A DNA stretch of 64,000 bases from Lama guanicoe (lineage: Eukaryota), in the NCBI GenBank assembly GCA_013239625.1, contig MU053881.1:9881957-9945956 (forward strand), given 5' to 3'. Each line of letters starts with the position of its first letter. The stretch's first letter is position 1. The position numbers and the translations under genes were made by a program. Below the pieces are notes generated by a model. That model ran no database searches. It was not told where the DNA came from and worked only from the letters and a program-made list of their open reading frames with translations. Of the stretch, positions 52,575-64,000 are shown in pieces.

Positions 52575-53640
52575 ATATCGTCTAATCGTTAATTGATTTA
52601 ACCATCCCTTCATGCAGTGTCTACCATGTTCCTAGCACTTTTCTGCAGTTGTGCATTAGAAGAAGTACTCTACTTTCTAGTAATGTTGCAGGAAAGCTGA
52701 TCATAAACACACACGTAAGACAGCGTCAGAGAGTAATAATGCTCTTAGGAAAATCAAAACTGAATAATGGTATAGAGAGCAAAAGGCACCATCAAAGGAG
52801 GTAACAATCTCAACATAGAGCTGAGTGATAGAAAGAATTGGCCACACTGAGAAAAGGCTTGAGGAACAGCATTGCAGGAAGAGAGGCTCTGAGTTAGAAG
52901 TGAGCTGAGAGCATTTGAGGAACCAACAGAGGCCAGAAGGGAAAGAACAGGACAGGAAAGGGGGGCTTGTAAGAGATGATCCTGTTGAGATGGAAAGGAG
53001 CCAGAGCACAACAAGGTCACCAGGGAAACAGCTCAGAAAACTTGTGGCTGTTAATTTCTATGAGAACAGTTCAACACGCTATGGGAAAATAAAGGAGTAT
53101 GTGTACATGTGCATGTGTACCCATCTTCACGGAAGGAGTAATATTTGAGATGGGCTTTGAAAGATGGGTAGATTTAGACAGATGACAAATAGAGGAATAG
53201 ATGTGGTCAAAGGGAAGAGTGGTTGGCGGGAACAGCCTGTGTAAGGGAAAACAGGTGAGAGTGATCCGGCATTTCTGTGCCTAACCAGTGGTCCATCGTA
53301 AGTGGGTGAACAAGAAACGGGGGATATAAAGCTTGTAAGAGCCGTGACTGGAATCGAACACCGAAACAAGAAAACCATCGAACAGTTCCTCTGGAACCAC
53401 TGAAGGTGTGGGGACAAATAAATAACAGTCAGAGCCGAGATTTCAAAGGATTTCTTTGACACTCGACTGTTGAAATAGATTGAGTTGGGAAGACTGGTGG
53501 TAAGGAGGCTAGTTAGGAGGCTTTTAAAAACAGTTATGTAGAGTGGACATAAGACCTTAACGAAGAGACCACCACACATTATGGTTGAGAAAAATCTTAG
53601 ACATGGAATCTGTCCTACACCTGACGTAGAATTTCCTTCT
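52575..53640 (-). mobile_element. Degenerate L2 fragments
   Basis: catgcagtgtctaccatgttcctagcac...; tttgagatgggctttgaaagatgggtagattt; ggaagactggtggtaaggaggctagttaggaggct. Confidence 0.65.
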
Positions 53641-53689
53641 CCATCACGCTCATTGGATGATGGGAGTCTCACTAAAATCTCTCTAGTGA

Positions 53690-53900
53690 CAGGAAAAAAT
53701 GTTACCTCCTGGGAAAACGGATTCAGTTGTTGCAAGACTTCAGCTGTTTAAGAAAGCCCCTTCTTTAGTGTGAACTGGAATCTGCTTCCCCATAATGAGC
53801 ATCCACTGACTCTGGTCTCACCTTCTGCTACAAGCCAACCTTTCACATATTTGAAACTGATTGTTAATTTTATCTTTCGTTACTTCCAGGTTAAGACTCT
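53690..53900 (-). mobile_element. L3/CR1 LINE fragment
   Basis: cagctgtttaagaaagccccttctttagtgtgaactggaatctgcttccccataatgagcatccactgactctgg...cctttcacatatttgaa resembles antisense L3. Confidence 0.6.
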
Positions 53901-54146
53901 TCCACTTTCTTCAAGCCCATATATTTCACATGGTTGTACAGACTGTATATTGTATTTTAATAAATCATTAGCATTTACTGACCCTTAGACGCCATTAACA
54001 ATAGGGACATATTTTTCCTGAAGGCTTGTTTTTTCATTTAGAAGAATGTATTTTGTCAAAACTCTCTCCTATATAAATGCTAGGCTCTCATTGTAAAACT
54101 GGGGGACGAGAAAACCATAATCACCCTGCCCTATGTAACACTATTC

Positions 54147-54390
54147 TAGGCTGGGGCCAGCGGACGATGGCCTGTAAGCTAAGAATGGTTTTCCAATTTT
54201 TCAATGGATTGGAAAAATATAAAAATAAAAAGACTTTGTTGAGATACATAATAATTTTATGAAATTCTAATTTCAGTGTCCTTAAACAGAGTTTTATAAA
54301 AACAGGCCCATCCTTTCATGCACTGTCTATGCCTCCTTCCATATTGCAACAGAAAATGTGTGGCCAGCAAAGTCTAAAATATTTTCTAGT
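54147..54390 (+). mobile_element. MER58B MITE
   Basis: ggcctgtaagctaagaatggttttcc...ttttatgaaattctaatttcagtgtcc...gtggccagcaaagtctaaaatattt. Confidence 0.8.
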
Positions 54391-54434
54391 TCAGATTCAA
54401 CTCTATTTAGATTTAACTCTCAGAGGCATATGCT

Positions 54435-54715
54435 CTGTGGACTGATAGTGCCTGCTTCACCTGGGAGCTTGTGAGAAATGGAGAATCTCAGGGTCCACTG
54501 AGACCCACTGAATGAGAATCTGCATTTTAACTGATTTGCAGGTGATGTGCAGGTATGAGAAGCTGGAGCAGGGCTTCTCAACTTTGGCATGCTTAAGAAT
54601 CACCCTGAGAGTCTGTGGATGTACCAATTCCTGGGTCCCACTCCCAGGAAGAAGACTGGGTGGGGCCTGAGAGTCTCCATTTCCAATAAGCTCCCAAAAG
54701 ATATCGACACTGTTC
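54435..54715. mobile_element. Tandem MER5B/MER5A MITEs; the second is interrupted by an L1 tail and ends at about 55071-55090
   Basis: tcacctgggagcttgtgagaaatggagaatctcagg...; gggtggggcctgagagtctccatttccaataagctccc...gatcacactttaaaagacact. Confidence 0.8.
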
Positions 54716-54720
54716 TCTCT

Positions 54721-55060
54721 TTTCAAAAATATTTTAACATCTTTAGTGTAGCATGATTCCTGTACAGTAAACTATACCTATTTCAAATGTACAATTTGAT
54801 GAATTTTGACGGATGTATACACCACCACCACAATCAAGATAGCTAACATTTCCATCACCCCCCAAGAGGTGCAAATTTCAAATTCCCACTTTATCCCTTT
54901 ACCCACTGGTAACCGTAAGTTTGTTCTTTATGTCTGTAAGCCTATTTCTGTTTTGTAAATAAGTTCATTTGTGTCCTTTTTTTTTTTAGATTCCACATAT
55001 AAGGGATGTCATGTAGTATTTTTCTTTCCCTTTCTGGCTTCCTTCACTTAGAATGACAGC
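54721..55060 (-). mobile_element. Chimeric L1 3' fragment: camelid L1 3' UTR joined to an L1MB/L1MC-type tail
   Basis: 54870-55060 aligns by eye to 19591-19775; 54721-54869 is tgtacaatttgatgaattttgacggatgtatacacc...caccacaatcaagata...tccatcacccc; flanks gttctctct/gttcttctct. Confidence 0.75.
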
Positions 55061-55435
55061 GTTCTTCTCTGATCACACTTTAAAAGACACTAAGGGACTC
55101 TCTTCTGTCCACGTTTAAATCCTTCTCCCTTTGCAAGGTTTTCACTGACCACTCCAGCCACAAAAAATTTTCCCTCCCTTCTTTGACCTTCTATACTACA
55201 AACAGAGCTAATTTTGCATTTATATAACAGCATTTGGCATTAGTAGGTATCTCAAGTGGAAAGAACTTGCTATGTTACTCACTGAATGACCTCTTGCTGT
55301 TCCCTAAACCTGCTCATAAGCACATTCCCATCTCAGAGCTCTTATGTTTTGTTCCCGCGGCCCGGCAAGCAGTGATGTCACTCGGGACTATCCTCAAACA
55401 CCCCCTCTTTAGCAGTGCACCGCTAACCTCACTTT

Positions 55436-55879
55436 CAGAGGGGAGAAAAATTTACCAACCCCGAATGGCATGGAGATGAGTTTAGGCTGATTGTTTTTGA
55501 GAAGCATGAGACTCAGGAAGCTCTTCTTTTACCTCCCCCTTAACTGTCTAAAAGAATTTAGACCCGGAGGCTATACCAGGAAGAGATAGCACCAAAGAGA
55601 ACTCGGTTTTACACACAAAGACTTCTCAGCAAGGCATGGAAAACATCTGTTTACCAAACATCTCCTCCTCCCCTTTGAAGTCCCAGGCCCCCACCCCCTT
55701 CTCCATATCCCCCGAGGGCATGTAAGCCTCAACTTCCTGACTTGCCCACCGGCCTCATATTCTTATGGGCCTCCCAACATGTGAAATTAAATCTGATTTT
55801 CTTTTCTCAATCCATTTCATGTCAATTTAACTCTCCAGAAGAGCCTAGTAAGGTGAGGACAAACTTTTCCTCCCCAACA
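55436..55879 (+). mobile_element. ERV1-type solo LTR (MER34-like) inserted in L2
   Basis: Ends aaacttttcctccccaaca; attaaa poly(A)-signal region; 4-bp TSD cttt at 55432-55435 and 55880-55883. Confidence 0.75.
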
Positions 55880-56732
55880 CTTTCTAAAATTGCTTTCTAT
55901 CACCACTCCATGACTCCTCCCTCATGTCGCTTTATTTTTCTTTCTAGAACATAACAGGACTTTACATTATGTATATATTTCATGTATCTTTCCTGCAACG
56001 AAATATAAATTCTGTGATATTAGGGACTTTTCATGTATTCAACAGTGATTCATCAAGCACCCACTATGGTGCTTTTTGCTGGGTACTGTTCTAGAGTTAG
56101 AAGACAGGTGAGTTTACTTAGGGAAATGCCTTTCACTCACCACACATTCAGTGAATACCTGTTGAATAAATAAAGAACGGATTCCCTTTCAAGCCACTTG
56201 GAGCAGAATTAGGTTCCAAGAATTATTTATATACCCATTATTAGGATGAGTAAGTACACAAAAATATCAAATGAAGGCTGATGTTCATTGAATACTTATA
56301 TTGTGGTGGCAATTAAAGCACTTACAACTTTTATCCTCCTTTTAAGTTTAGGAAACCTGAGAACTAAGAAGGTTATAAACTTTAAAATGTTTAAACACAT
56401 ACATCAATCTGGGCGGTCTCCAGGTAACCATCACAAATCTCCCTCCTCAAAATGAAACCTGTGGACAGTCTGGCAGGTTTGCGTGGTGAATGGACAATAC
56501 CATAAGGTTTGCCTGTAAAATGTGAAACATCCACTCACTACTTGCATCATTCCACAAAAGACGGAAGGGAATTCTTACAAAGATATGTGATAGACAGAAA
56601 TGGATATAAATAATTAGGTCCAGGTAAAATATAACTAAGAACTAGTAAATAAGGATGAAGAAAAAAAAACATAGCTATGGAAATCAAAGTTGTCACTGAG
56701 CTTGAGTATTTAACTCTCAACTTCATGGTGTC

Positions 56733-56751
56733 TGATATGGGCTGAACTGTG

Positions 56752-56798
<47 letters not shown>

Positions 56799-57230
56799 AT
56801 ATGCTGAAATCCTAATTCCCCAGTAATTCAGAACTTGAGCTTCTTTGCAACTAGTGTCTTTATAGATGTAATTAGTTAAGGTGACGTCATAGTGGAGTAG
56901 GGTGAGCTCCTAGTTGAGAAGGACTGGTGTCCTTCTAAGCAGACAGTGCTGTGAAGACAGGAGACGTGCAGGGAGAGAGCACCATGCAGAGATGGAGGCT
57001 GAGGCTGGAGAGATGCATCTGTAGGCCAAGGAATGCCAGGAATATGTAGCCACCTTTGAAGGCTTGAAACTGCAAGCAATTTTTCTCCCCTGCAGATTTT
57101 AGGAGGAGCATGGCCCTGTTGACATCTTAGGTTTTGAACTTCTAGCCCCCAGAACTGTGAGACTATACATTTCTATTATTTTAAGCCATTGAGTTTGTGA
57201 TGCTTTGTTAAGGTAGCCCTTGGAAAAGGG
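56733..57230 (+). mobile_element. MaLR solo LTR (MLT1C-like) containing (CA)n at 56753-56793
   Basis: tgatatgggctgaactgtgtc...gatgtaattagttaagg...gccaaggaatgcc...gcccccagaactgtgagactatacatttctattattttaagcca. Confidence 0.9.
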
Positions 57231-57424
57231 CAAAAAAAAAAATTGTATTTTCTGGAAGAGCACAAGAGGTAGGCTTATTTCAGGGGGTGAAATCTTCACA
57301 TTTGAGATTTACTGGATTCTTACAGAAAGAAAATAAATTTGCAGTGATGTGGAAGAAAAAAAAAACACTCTGGGAGCATAATTCCCTAACGGACACAATA
57401 AAGTGTTATTCATAAAGCTCTAGT

Positions 57425-57598
57425 GAGGACCAGCATCACGGGGTGTGTGACCCATGCAGCCACAAGGCCTGTTCTTAGAAGGGCCCCGTGCTTGGGCTAA
57501 CACTCTGCTGTCACTGTTGTGAAATTCTTAATAATTTCTGAACAAGGTCCCTCCACTTTCATGTCACTCTGGGCCTGGAAATTACATAGCTGGTCCTG
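57425..57598 (+). mobile_element. MER91A-like hAT-Tip100 MITE inserted in old L1 ORF2
   Basis: agaagggccccgtgcttggg...ctctgctgtcactgttgtgaaattcttaataatttctgaacaagg...tagctggtcctg. Confidence 0.8.
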
Positions 57599-57599
57599 A

Positions 57600-58000
57600 C
57601 TCCAGCAATAAAGACAGTATTGGTACTAGCACAGAAACTGGGGAGCACCCTGAGAAAATAGCACAGAGAGCCCAGACATACAGCAGAGATAGTGTTTCAG
57701 GTCAGTGGAGAAAGGATGGACGTTGCCATCAATGCTGATGAGACAGTTGGTTATCCATATGGAAAAAGAGAAATAATTTGGGACCCAAATTCACACCACA
57801 GTAAAAAAAAAAAATCAGTTCTAGGGACATAAAATGACCTAAATGTGAAGGCAAAAACATGTAACATATCAAAGACAAAATCTGAGAATATCTTAATGTT
57901 CCTGGGTGCAGTAGATGATTTCTTCAACAAAATGTGAAAAAAAAAAAACAAAAAAAAACTATAAAGGAAAAGTTTGATTCATTTAGCTACATTATAATTA
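57600..58000 (+). mobile_element. Old L1 ORF2 fragment
   Basis: aaagacagtattggtactagc...tcagtggagaaaggatgg...gttatccatatggaaaa...gacctaaatgtgaaggcaaaaac. Confidence 0.7.
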
Positions 58001-58359
58001 ATTATTTCTTCTCCACATCCTCCTCTTTCATGGAGAGCTGAGATTTTGAACTGTACCTATGACTCTCTGGGGCCGGGGCTTGGGCTGCACTCCAAATGGG
58101 CAGGGCTCACGTCCAGGGCGGAGCTTTCAATGAGGTTTTCCTCCTTATTCTGTCCCTTCTTTAGTGGCTTGCAAGCCCGAAGGACTAGGGACCAGTGGAG
58201 GAGAACTGTCAGTGGGTTAGGGCTCACCTTTGGACTGACTCACCCACAACTTTGTTTACATACAGGGGAGACTGATCTAATAAGTAAATATATGGAGGGT
58301 AATGGAGCCAAATTTCTCATTGCTAAAATAAAGAAGGGTGTTAGAAACATGGAATAGAA

Positions 58360-59720
58360 AAGACTACAATAAACTGGTATTTGATTAGCTTCAGAAATCA
58401 TTGTAAATCCATAGTTATTAACTTGTCTATTGCTATGTAGGAACATACAGGTGTAGGGGTGTGTGTGTATGTGTGCACGTGCATAAGATATAGACTTAAA
58501 TTTCCTACCTGTGTTTGCTAAGAGGTCCTAGAAGCAATGTTACCTCAGTAGCAGTTAGCCCACTTAATCTTAATGTCTAAATACCATTTTCTACTAAAAG
58601 AACTTGGACTCCCTAGAGAAATAGCTGACTCAGTGGGAGAAATATAAGATGAGCCTACAGCTAGCTGAGCCAGGAAGTAAGAAAGTCCTCCAAGAATCAG
58701 GGTCAGGCCCAAAGTCACAGAACCCAGATTGAAGAGGTTTCCATTAGCCCCATCTTGGAGAATTTGATGACGAAAATAAGTAAGAATAGTAAAGGACTGT
58801 AAACCTTTGAGTAAAATAGGAATGCACAAGTCTATACTGATATAAGTAAATAAACACATGAATTAATTAATTGAATGGAAGGGAGGGAAAAGCCCTACCT
58901 TGCAACAGAATACCAACAAGTAATCTAGATGGAATTAGAAAATCCCCATTGGGCATGCACTTTTGTCATAATTAAGTCAGGCAAGAATCATTAATGGACT
59001 TTAAATGTGGTGGGTGAATGGGGAACAGGGTATGTGCATAATTTTAAGGAATCTCCTCAAAACATACTTATGAGTTACATACCAATTTGCATTCAACATT
59101 TATGCAAATTTAAGGGTAGAGGGTCCTGTTATTCAACATCCTAGCCACATGATAAAAAGTTAACATCATCAGTAATGGGGCAAGTCAGGTGGTGTACCAC
59201 TTGACACGATGCACTGAGAATAGCACAACATGACTTCTGTGGAATGCCGAGCAAAAAGCGTGAGCCATGAGAAAACATCAGGATCCAAATTAACAGACCA
59301 TCTACAAAGTAACTGACCTGTACTCTTCAGAAATGTCAAGGTATGAAGAGAAATGCAGGTAGAGAAACTGTTCTAAATTGAAGAAGACTATAGAGACTTG
59401 AGAACTAAATGTGTTGCTGGACTGGATCCTGGATCTATAAAGAACATTATTAGGACAAATAGCCAAACCTGAATGGTATCTTTAGATTAACGGTAATATT
59501 GGATCAATGCTAACTTCTTGATCTTGATGGATGTATTGTGATCATTCTCTTGTATAAGAAATACATACTGATGTATTGAGAGGTAATGGGGCATCATGTC
59601 CCAACTTACTCCCAAATGCTTCAGAAGAAAGAAAAATGAATTCTGAGCAAAGACTACACTGCATCTTTCTATATACTTTCTGCAATGTTTAAGTTTAAAT
59701 TCAAACTTATTTCAAAATGT
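58360..59720 (+). mobile_element. L1MC3/L1MC4-like 3' region
   Basis: gctaagaggtcctagaagcaatg...taccattttctactaaaagaac...tctacaaagtaactgacctgtactcttcagaaatgtcaagg. Confidence 0.75.
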
Positions 59721-59759
59721 TTGAAAAACATGAAGTTCTTCTCTTATCATAAGACATAA

Positions 59760-61170
59760 TTATAGCTGTGTTTTAGGAGAAGACATTGGCACCACAAAAC
59801 TGAGAAAGTATTATCAACCAGAGAAGGCATTCCTATGAGTTACTAAGAAAAAGAGTGACAGAGACATTTAACGAGTTTAACAAACAGGCAAAATGATTAA
59901 TCAGAAACTTCACAGAATTATTTTTAAAAAGGCCTATAACATATGAAACGATGTTCAACTTCATTAGTACTCAGAGAAATGCAAATTAAAACAACAATGA
60001 GACATCACTCACTCCTGTTAGACTAATAAGAATGTAAAAGTCAGGTAACAAGGAGCATTGGTGAAGGCATGGACAAAAGAATTCTGTTCCTGTTGTTGGA
60101 AGTGCAATTTGATGCAATCACTCTGAAAACAGTTTGATGTTACTCATAAAGTTAAGTACACACTGTGGAGGACTGTATTGCTGTCGCCAAACGTCCTGGC
60201 GCATTTATCTGCAGTGCCACTCCCTGCATTTTAAATCCCACCTTGCGGAATTCAGAGTAGGCCACGTGACTTACTTTAGCACATAGAATATGAACGAGAA
60301 TGACGTGTATGACTTGTGAGCAGAAGCTTTCACTTGCCAGTTGTTCTGTGCTGTGGTCCTTCCCTCTCTGGCACGACACTGGCAATCTTACCATTTGGGG
60401 TTTCTCTTTCAGGCTAGTCCTGGATTGCAGAACACACAGAGCAGACTCCCAGACCACAAATGATGCACGTGTAACAGGAGAGCGAAACAAGCCTCTGCGA
60501 GGGAAAGCCTCTGAGATTTGCCTCGGCTGTTGCTATCTGATTACACGTCCAGCATATCCAACGTATTCTGACTCACACATACGTGTATATACTCTACAAC
60601 CCTACCATTTTATTACTAAACATATACCCTAGAGAAACTGTTGCAAAAGTACACTAGGATATATTTTTCAAAATATTTACAGCTGCACTATAAAAGGAAA
60701 AAAAAAGAATCATCAATTCAAATCTTCATTTAGAGTGAAATCAGTTAAGTCGTGGAATATTCATGCACTGGGATAATAACCGAGCATTACACCTTGACAA
60801 TGATAAGCCTCAAAGATATAATATTATATGAAGGAATTAAGACCGAAGAAAATATACTGCACGGTTCCACATATTTTTTTAAAGCAGGTGAAACTAAACA
60901 ATATACTATTTATTGAAGCACACATACATGGGGTAAAAACTACCAAGATAAGGAAAGAAATGCCACAAAACTCAGGACAGCAGTGACTACGAGAGAAAGG
61001 GGAGAAGAGAGATGTGAATTCAGGAAGAAGCCCACAATAATGTTCCAAGTATGATAATGCTTACTTTTCAGCCTTGTAGTGGGTACAAAGTGATCATTTA
61101 ATTTTGTCCTCTAAATAACACACTTGCATTTTCATGCAACACTTCATGTATATTCTATCTCACAATGGAA
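59760..61170 (+). mobile_element. L1ME-like 3' fragment interrupted by a MaLR LTR
   Basis: atatgaaacgatgttcaacttcattagtactcagagaaatgcaaattaaaacaacaatgagacatcac; resumes after about 60580 (taccctagagaaact...). Confidence 0.75.
60163..60578 (+). mobile_element. MaLR solo LTR (MLT1-family)
   Basis: tgtggaggactgtattg...gccacgtgacttactttagc...aagcctctgagatttg...gttgct...ctgactcaca. Confidence 0.65.
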
Positions 61171-61870
61171 AAAAATGAGGTAAGGCATGCTGAATAAAGG
61201 AAGTAGAAATAACTCAGGATATCGAAACTTCAGTCCTTCCTTCATCTTTAAAAAAAAAAATTATCTTCAGTGTAACTCATTCATGTTTTGCCTATCTAGA
61301 CATAGCTTCTCTTGAAGGAGAATTTTCTCCAGCATTTTTACTCAGTAGCAAAACCCAAACAATTACTGGTGATTTCTTTATTTCCAGGGAAGGTATGTGT
61401 GTGTATGTGCAGTAATGTTTTAACGTTTGAATCCGAAAATCAAGATCCTTTTTGTTGTTTTAAATAGTAAAATCAACCTGAAAGGAAGGGTAGCAACTCA
61501 AGTATTGGATGATGTCACTGGATTTATTGACCACAGCCTATTCATGATGCAGTGAGGACGTGCACAAATGGACAGGCACTTCAGAAGCCCAAAAGAAAAA
61601 TCACATGCAATTCACACATTTTCACCTAAAATCCACAGGGGACTAGCTGTAGCAAATGCAGAAATAATGCGGGTGGGGGAAAAAAGGCATAGAGACATCA
61701 TAACATAGAAGGACAGCTTCTGTTTTAGAGGCCTTCTCAGTCTAAGTACTGTTTTCTCATTTCTAGATACGTTTGATTATTTTAAAAATAGCACACATGC
61801 ACGTGCAAAAACACAAGGCAGTTGATTGAAAGATACGTCGTTGAAAAAAGAAAATGCATTTGTTTTCTAC

Positions 61871-61898
61871 CTTGAAGATCATAAGCAAGTCCTACTGC
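61871..61898 (-). other. Candidate 28-nt micro-exon
   Basis: Minus strand: gactttctctttatctgctctccgggtttctcctag|gcagtaggacttgcttatgatcttcaag|gtagaa. Confidence 0.3.
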
Positions 61899-62319
61899 CT
61901 AGGAGAAACCCGGAGAGCAGATAAAGAGAAAGTCACATCAGATTCTTCAACATCTTTCGAGAATAATGCAGTTCTAAGAAGCATGACAAGAGTAATACAG
62001 ATGAGAGAACAGGCGAAACACACGAGCAGTGCAAAGGGAACGCATACAAATGACCCAGTTACCAAACAACCAGAAAAGGGCGAGTAATATTTGCTGAGAA
62101 TGAACGCCTCAAGATCTGTGGTCAAGTACTTGCTCAAAATGAGAGCTGGTCAGGTCAACATCTTGGCTGGTGACTTGATTACTGGGTAATTCAGATAATA
62201 AATAGAAAATTCTGACTTGGAAAGGAAAGGCTGCCAAGGACTTAAAGGGCTGAAAAATGGTCCTACATTGATCGGTTGATTCATCCATCTGCCTGCCCAT
62301 TCATCCATCCACCAGCCAA

Positions 62320-63000
62320 TCAGATATCCATTCATTTATTCAATTATTCATTTATCAAATATTATCTGAACATAGATAGGTTAAGCCTTGTTAAACCCTG
62401 GATATCAAAAAATTTAGCAGTGATTTCCTTGTCTTCAAAGAGTTTACAGTCCAGTGCATAATTTTTCAACCTCAGGACTACTGACATTATGAGATGGATA
62501 ATTCTCGGTTGTGGGAGGCTGTCTCATGCATTGTAGGATGTTTCAGCAGCATCCTTGACCTCTGCTCAGCTAGATTATGAAGCCCTCCTTTCTCCTTTCA
62601 AGATGTAACAGCCAAAAATGTCTCCAAACACTGCTCAATGTCCCTCGGAGACACAAGATCCTGGTTGAGAATCACTGGTTTAGCAGAGGAGACAAATGTG
62701 CTCCCAAATATTTGCAATACAGTGTAAACATTTTGATAGTTAGGAAACATTTTTAAAATGGTGATTAACACAATGGAGAGAGAAAGAAAGTGACAATGAG
62801 GGAGCAAGGGGGAAGGGGAAGAGGCTGACAGGAGGGAGGGAAGGAGGGAAAAGGAGACAGAGAGAGAGACAAGACAGACAGACAGACAACGCATGAACAC
62901 GTCTGCCTGCAGGAATTTAGTAAGGGTACACAGAGGAGAATCCTGAGCTGGGTCTTAGAGAAAGAGGAGCCTTTATCATTTTTAGGAGAAGACAGCCCTG
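62320..63000 (-). mobile_element. L2 fragment interrupted by MER20
   Basis: cattcatttattcaattattcatttatcaaatattatctgaaca...ccttgtcttcaaagagtttacagtccag. Confidence 0.7.
62453..62680 (-). mobile_element. MER20 MITE
   Basis: ctcaggactactgacattatgagatggataattctcggttgtgggaggctgtctcatgcattgtaggatgtt...ccaaaaatgtctcc...ggttgagaatcactg. Confidence 0.9.
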
Positions 63001-63152
63001 CAAATATGTGAAAATGCAAAGATTATACTCTCTATTCCAGGTTAACACATTTAGTTTCTTTACCCTCTGATTATAAGGGGCCTAACATGTTTGAATATTT
63101 TCTGGCACGTAACATAGCGTCACTGAATTATTTTCAGCTAGAAAGTGACAAC

Positions 63153-63700
63153 CATTCATTCATTCATTGACCAAACAGTTACTAAGCACTATGCCAATAC
63201 GGTGCTAGGTTTCTGAGTACATGAGATAAAATAGACAACAGGCCTGCACTGGAGGATGCGAAAGTCTAACGGAAAACAATTTAGCCAAACAACATTTTCC
63301 AAATCTTTAGAAACTGGCTTTCGTGCTAAACAGCATAAAATATTAGAGAGATACTACCTAATCCTTTCACAAACTTACCTGATGGCTAATTTTGCAGCTT
63401 GCAGTCTACAAATGAGGCAGGTTTGTACACAAATAGTTATGAAGTTCAGTATTAAGTGATTTAGTAGCAGCATGTGACAACTACCAGGGACCGCGAGGAA
63501 AAGGAGATGGCCTTTGTCGGGGGCTCTGTCTGGAAGGCTTTTCTACAGTCATGACATTTAAAGTGGCCTTAAAGACAAGAAGAAGTTCGTTGTTTGGGAA
63601 AGGGGGAATGAGTAGATGGGACAGCAAATGAGAAGACACACAAAAAAAGTTAGAATGCTCAGGAAATAGTGAGAATTCTTCATTGACTTATGACCACAGA
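63153..63700 (-). mobile_element. L2 fragments
   Basis: cattcattcattcattgaccaaacagttactaagcactatgccaatacggtgctagg. Confidence 0.7.
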
Positions 63701-63834
63701 GACAGGGTTATCACAACAAGGCGGGGTTCTCACACTCTCTTACCAGGTGGGAGCAGGCAGCTCAGTTTAACAGACAGTAGTAGGTAAGTAACGACAGGTA
63801 AGTTGGTGCACTGGTGAAGTGAAAACCCCTCCCT

Positions 63835-63872
<38 letters not shown>
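63835..63872 (+). repeat. (CA)n microsatellite
   Basis: Direct observation. Confidence 0.95.
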
Positions 63873-63874
<2 letters not shown>

Positions 63875-64000
63875 CCATGGATGAGGAAATGCCACTGGGG
63901 GTGCCCTTCTGTCAAATATGCTAGATGACCATGATGACTAGCCAGGTCTTCCCACACCAACTGGAGACCTCGATGTTTATAAGGTCAAGGCCCCTCGCAC

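Noticed and set aside
53127..53735. Longest ORF in the track (202 aa, minus strand)
   Set aside because: Lies over degenerate L2 sequence; no recognisable domain or exon boundaries; probably a chance frame
1..64000. Naming the host gene, or a prokaryote-style novel system (CRISPR, operon, defence island)
   Set aside because: No candidate exon matched a gene I can recall; the sequence is mammalian non-coding DNA with no such architecture

Overview
This is mammalian genomic DNA, very likely camelid (Camelus/Vicugna/Lama), judged from a camelid-type tRNA-derived SINE at 37538 and camelid-type L1 3' ends. The window is non-coding and repeat-rich: MIR, L2, L3/CR1, L1s of several ages, MaLR/ERVL/ERV1 solo LTRs, hAT MITEs (MER5, MER20, MER53, MER58, MER91) and microsatellites, separated by unique AT-rich DNA. 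I recognise no protein-coding exon; the listed ORFs are L1 ORF2 remnants or chance frames. Several short unique segments on the minus strand have good splice acceptor and donor pairs (best: 27171-27006, 166 nt, and 24415-24375, 41 nt). Most solo LTRs lie on the plus strand. Together these suggest the window is inside the introns or multi-exon 5' UTR of a large minus-strand gene or lncRNA that I cannot name. I found no new multi-gene system. The notable items are the candidate exon chain, a MER20 carrying a full CTCF core next to one candidate exon, a MER53 hairpin resembling miR-1302, an inverted twin-primed young L1, a chimeric L1 tail insertion, and a small CpG-rich regulatory patch. Repeat subfamily names come from memory of consensus sequences, and repeat boundaries are approximate unless target-site duplications (TSDs) are given.
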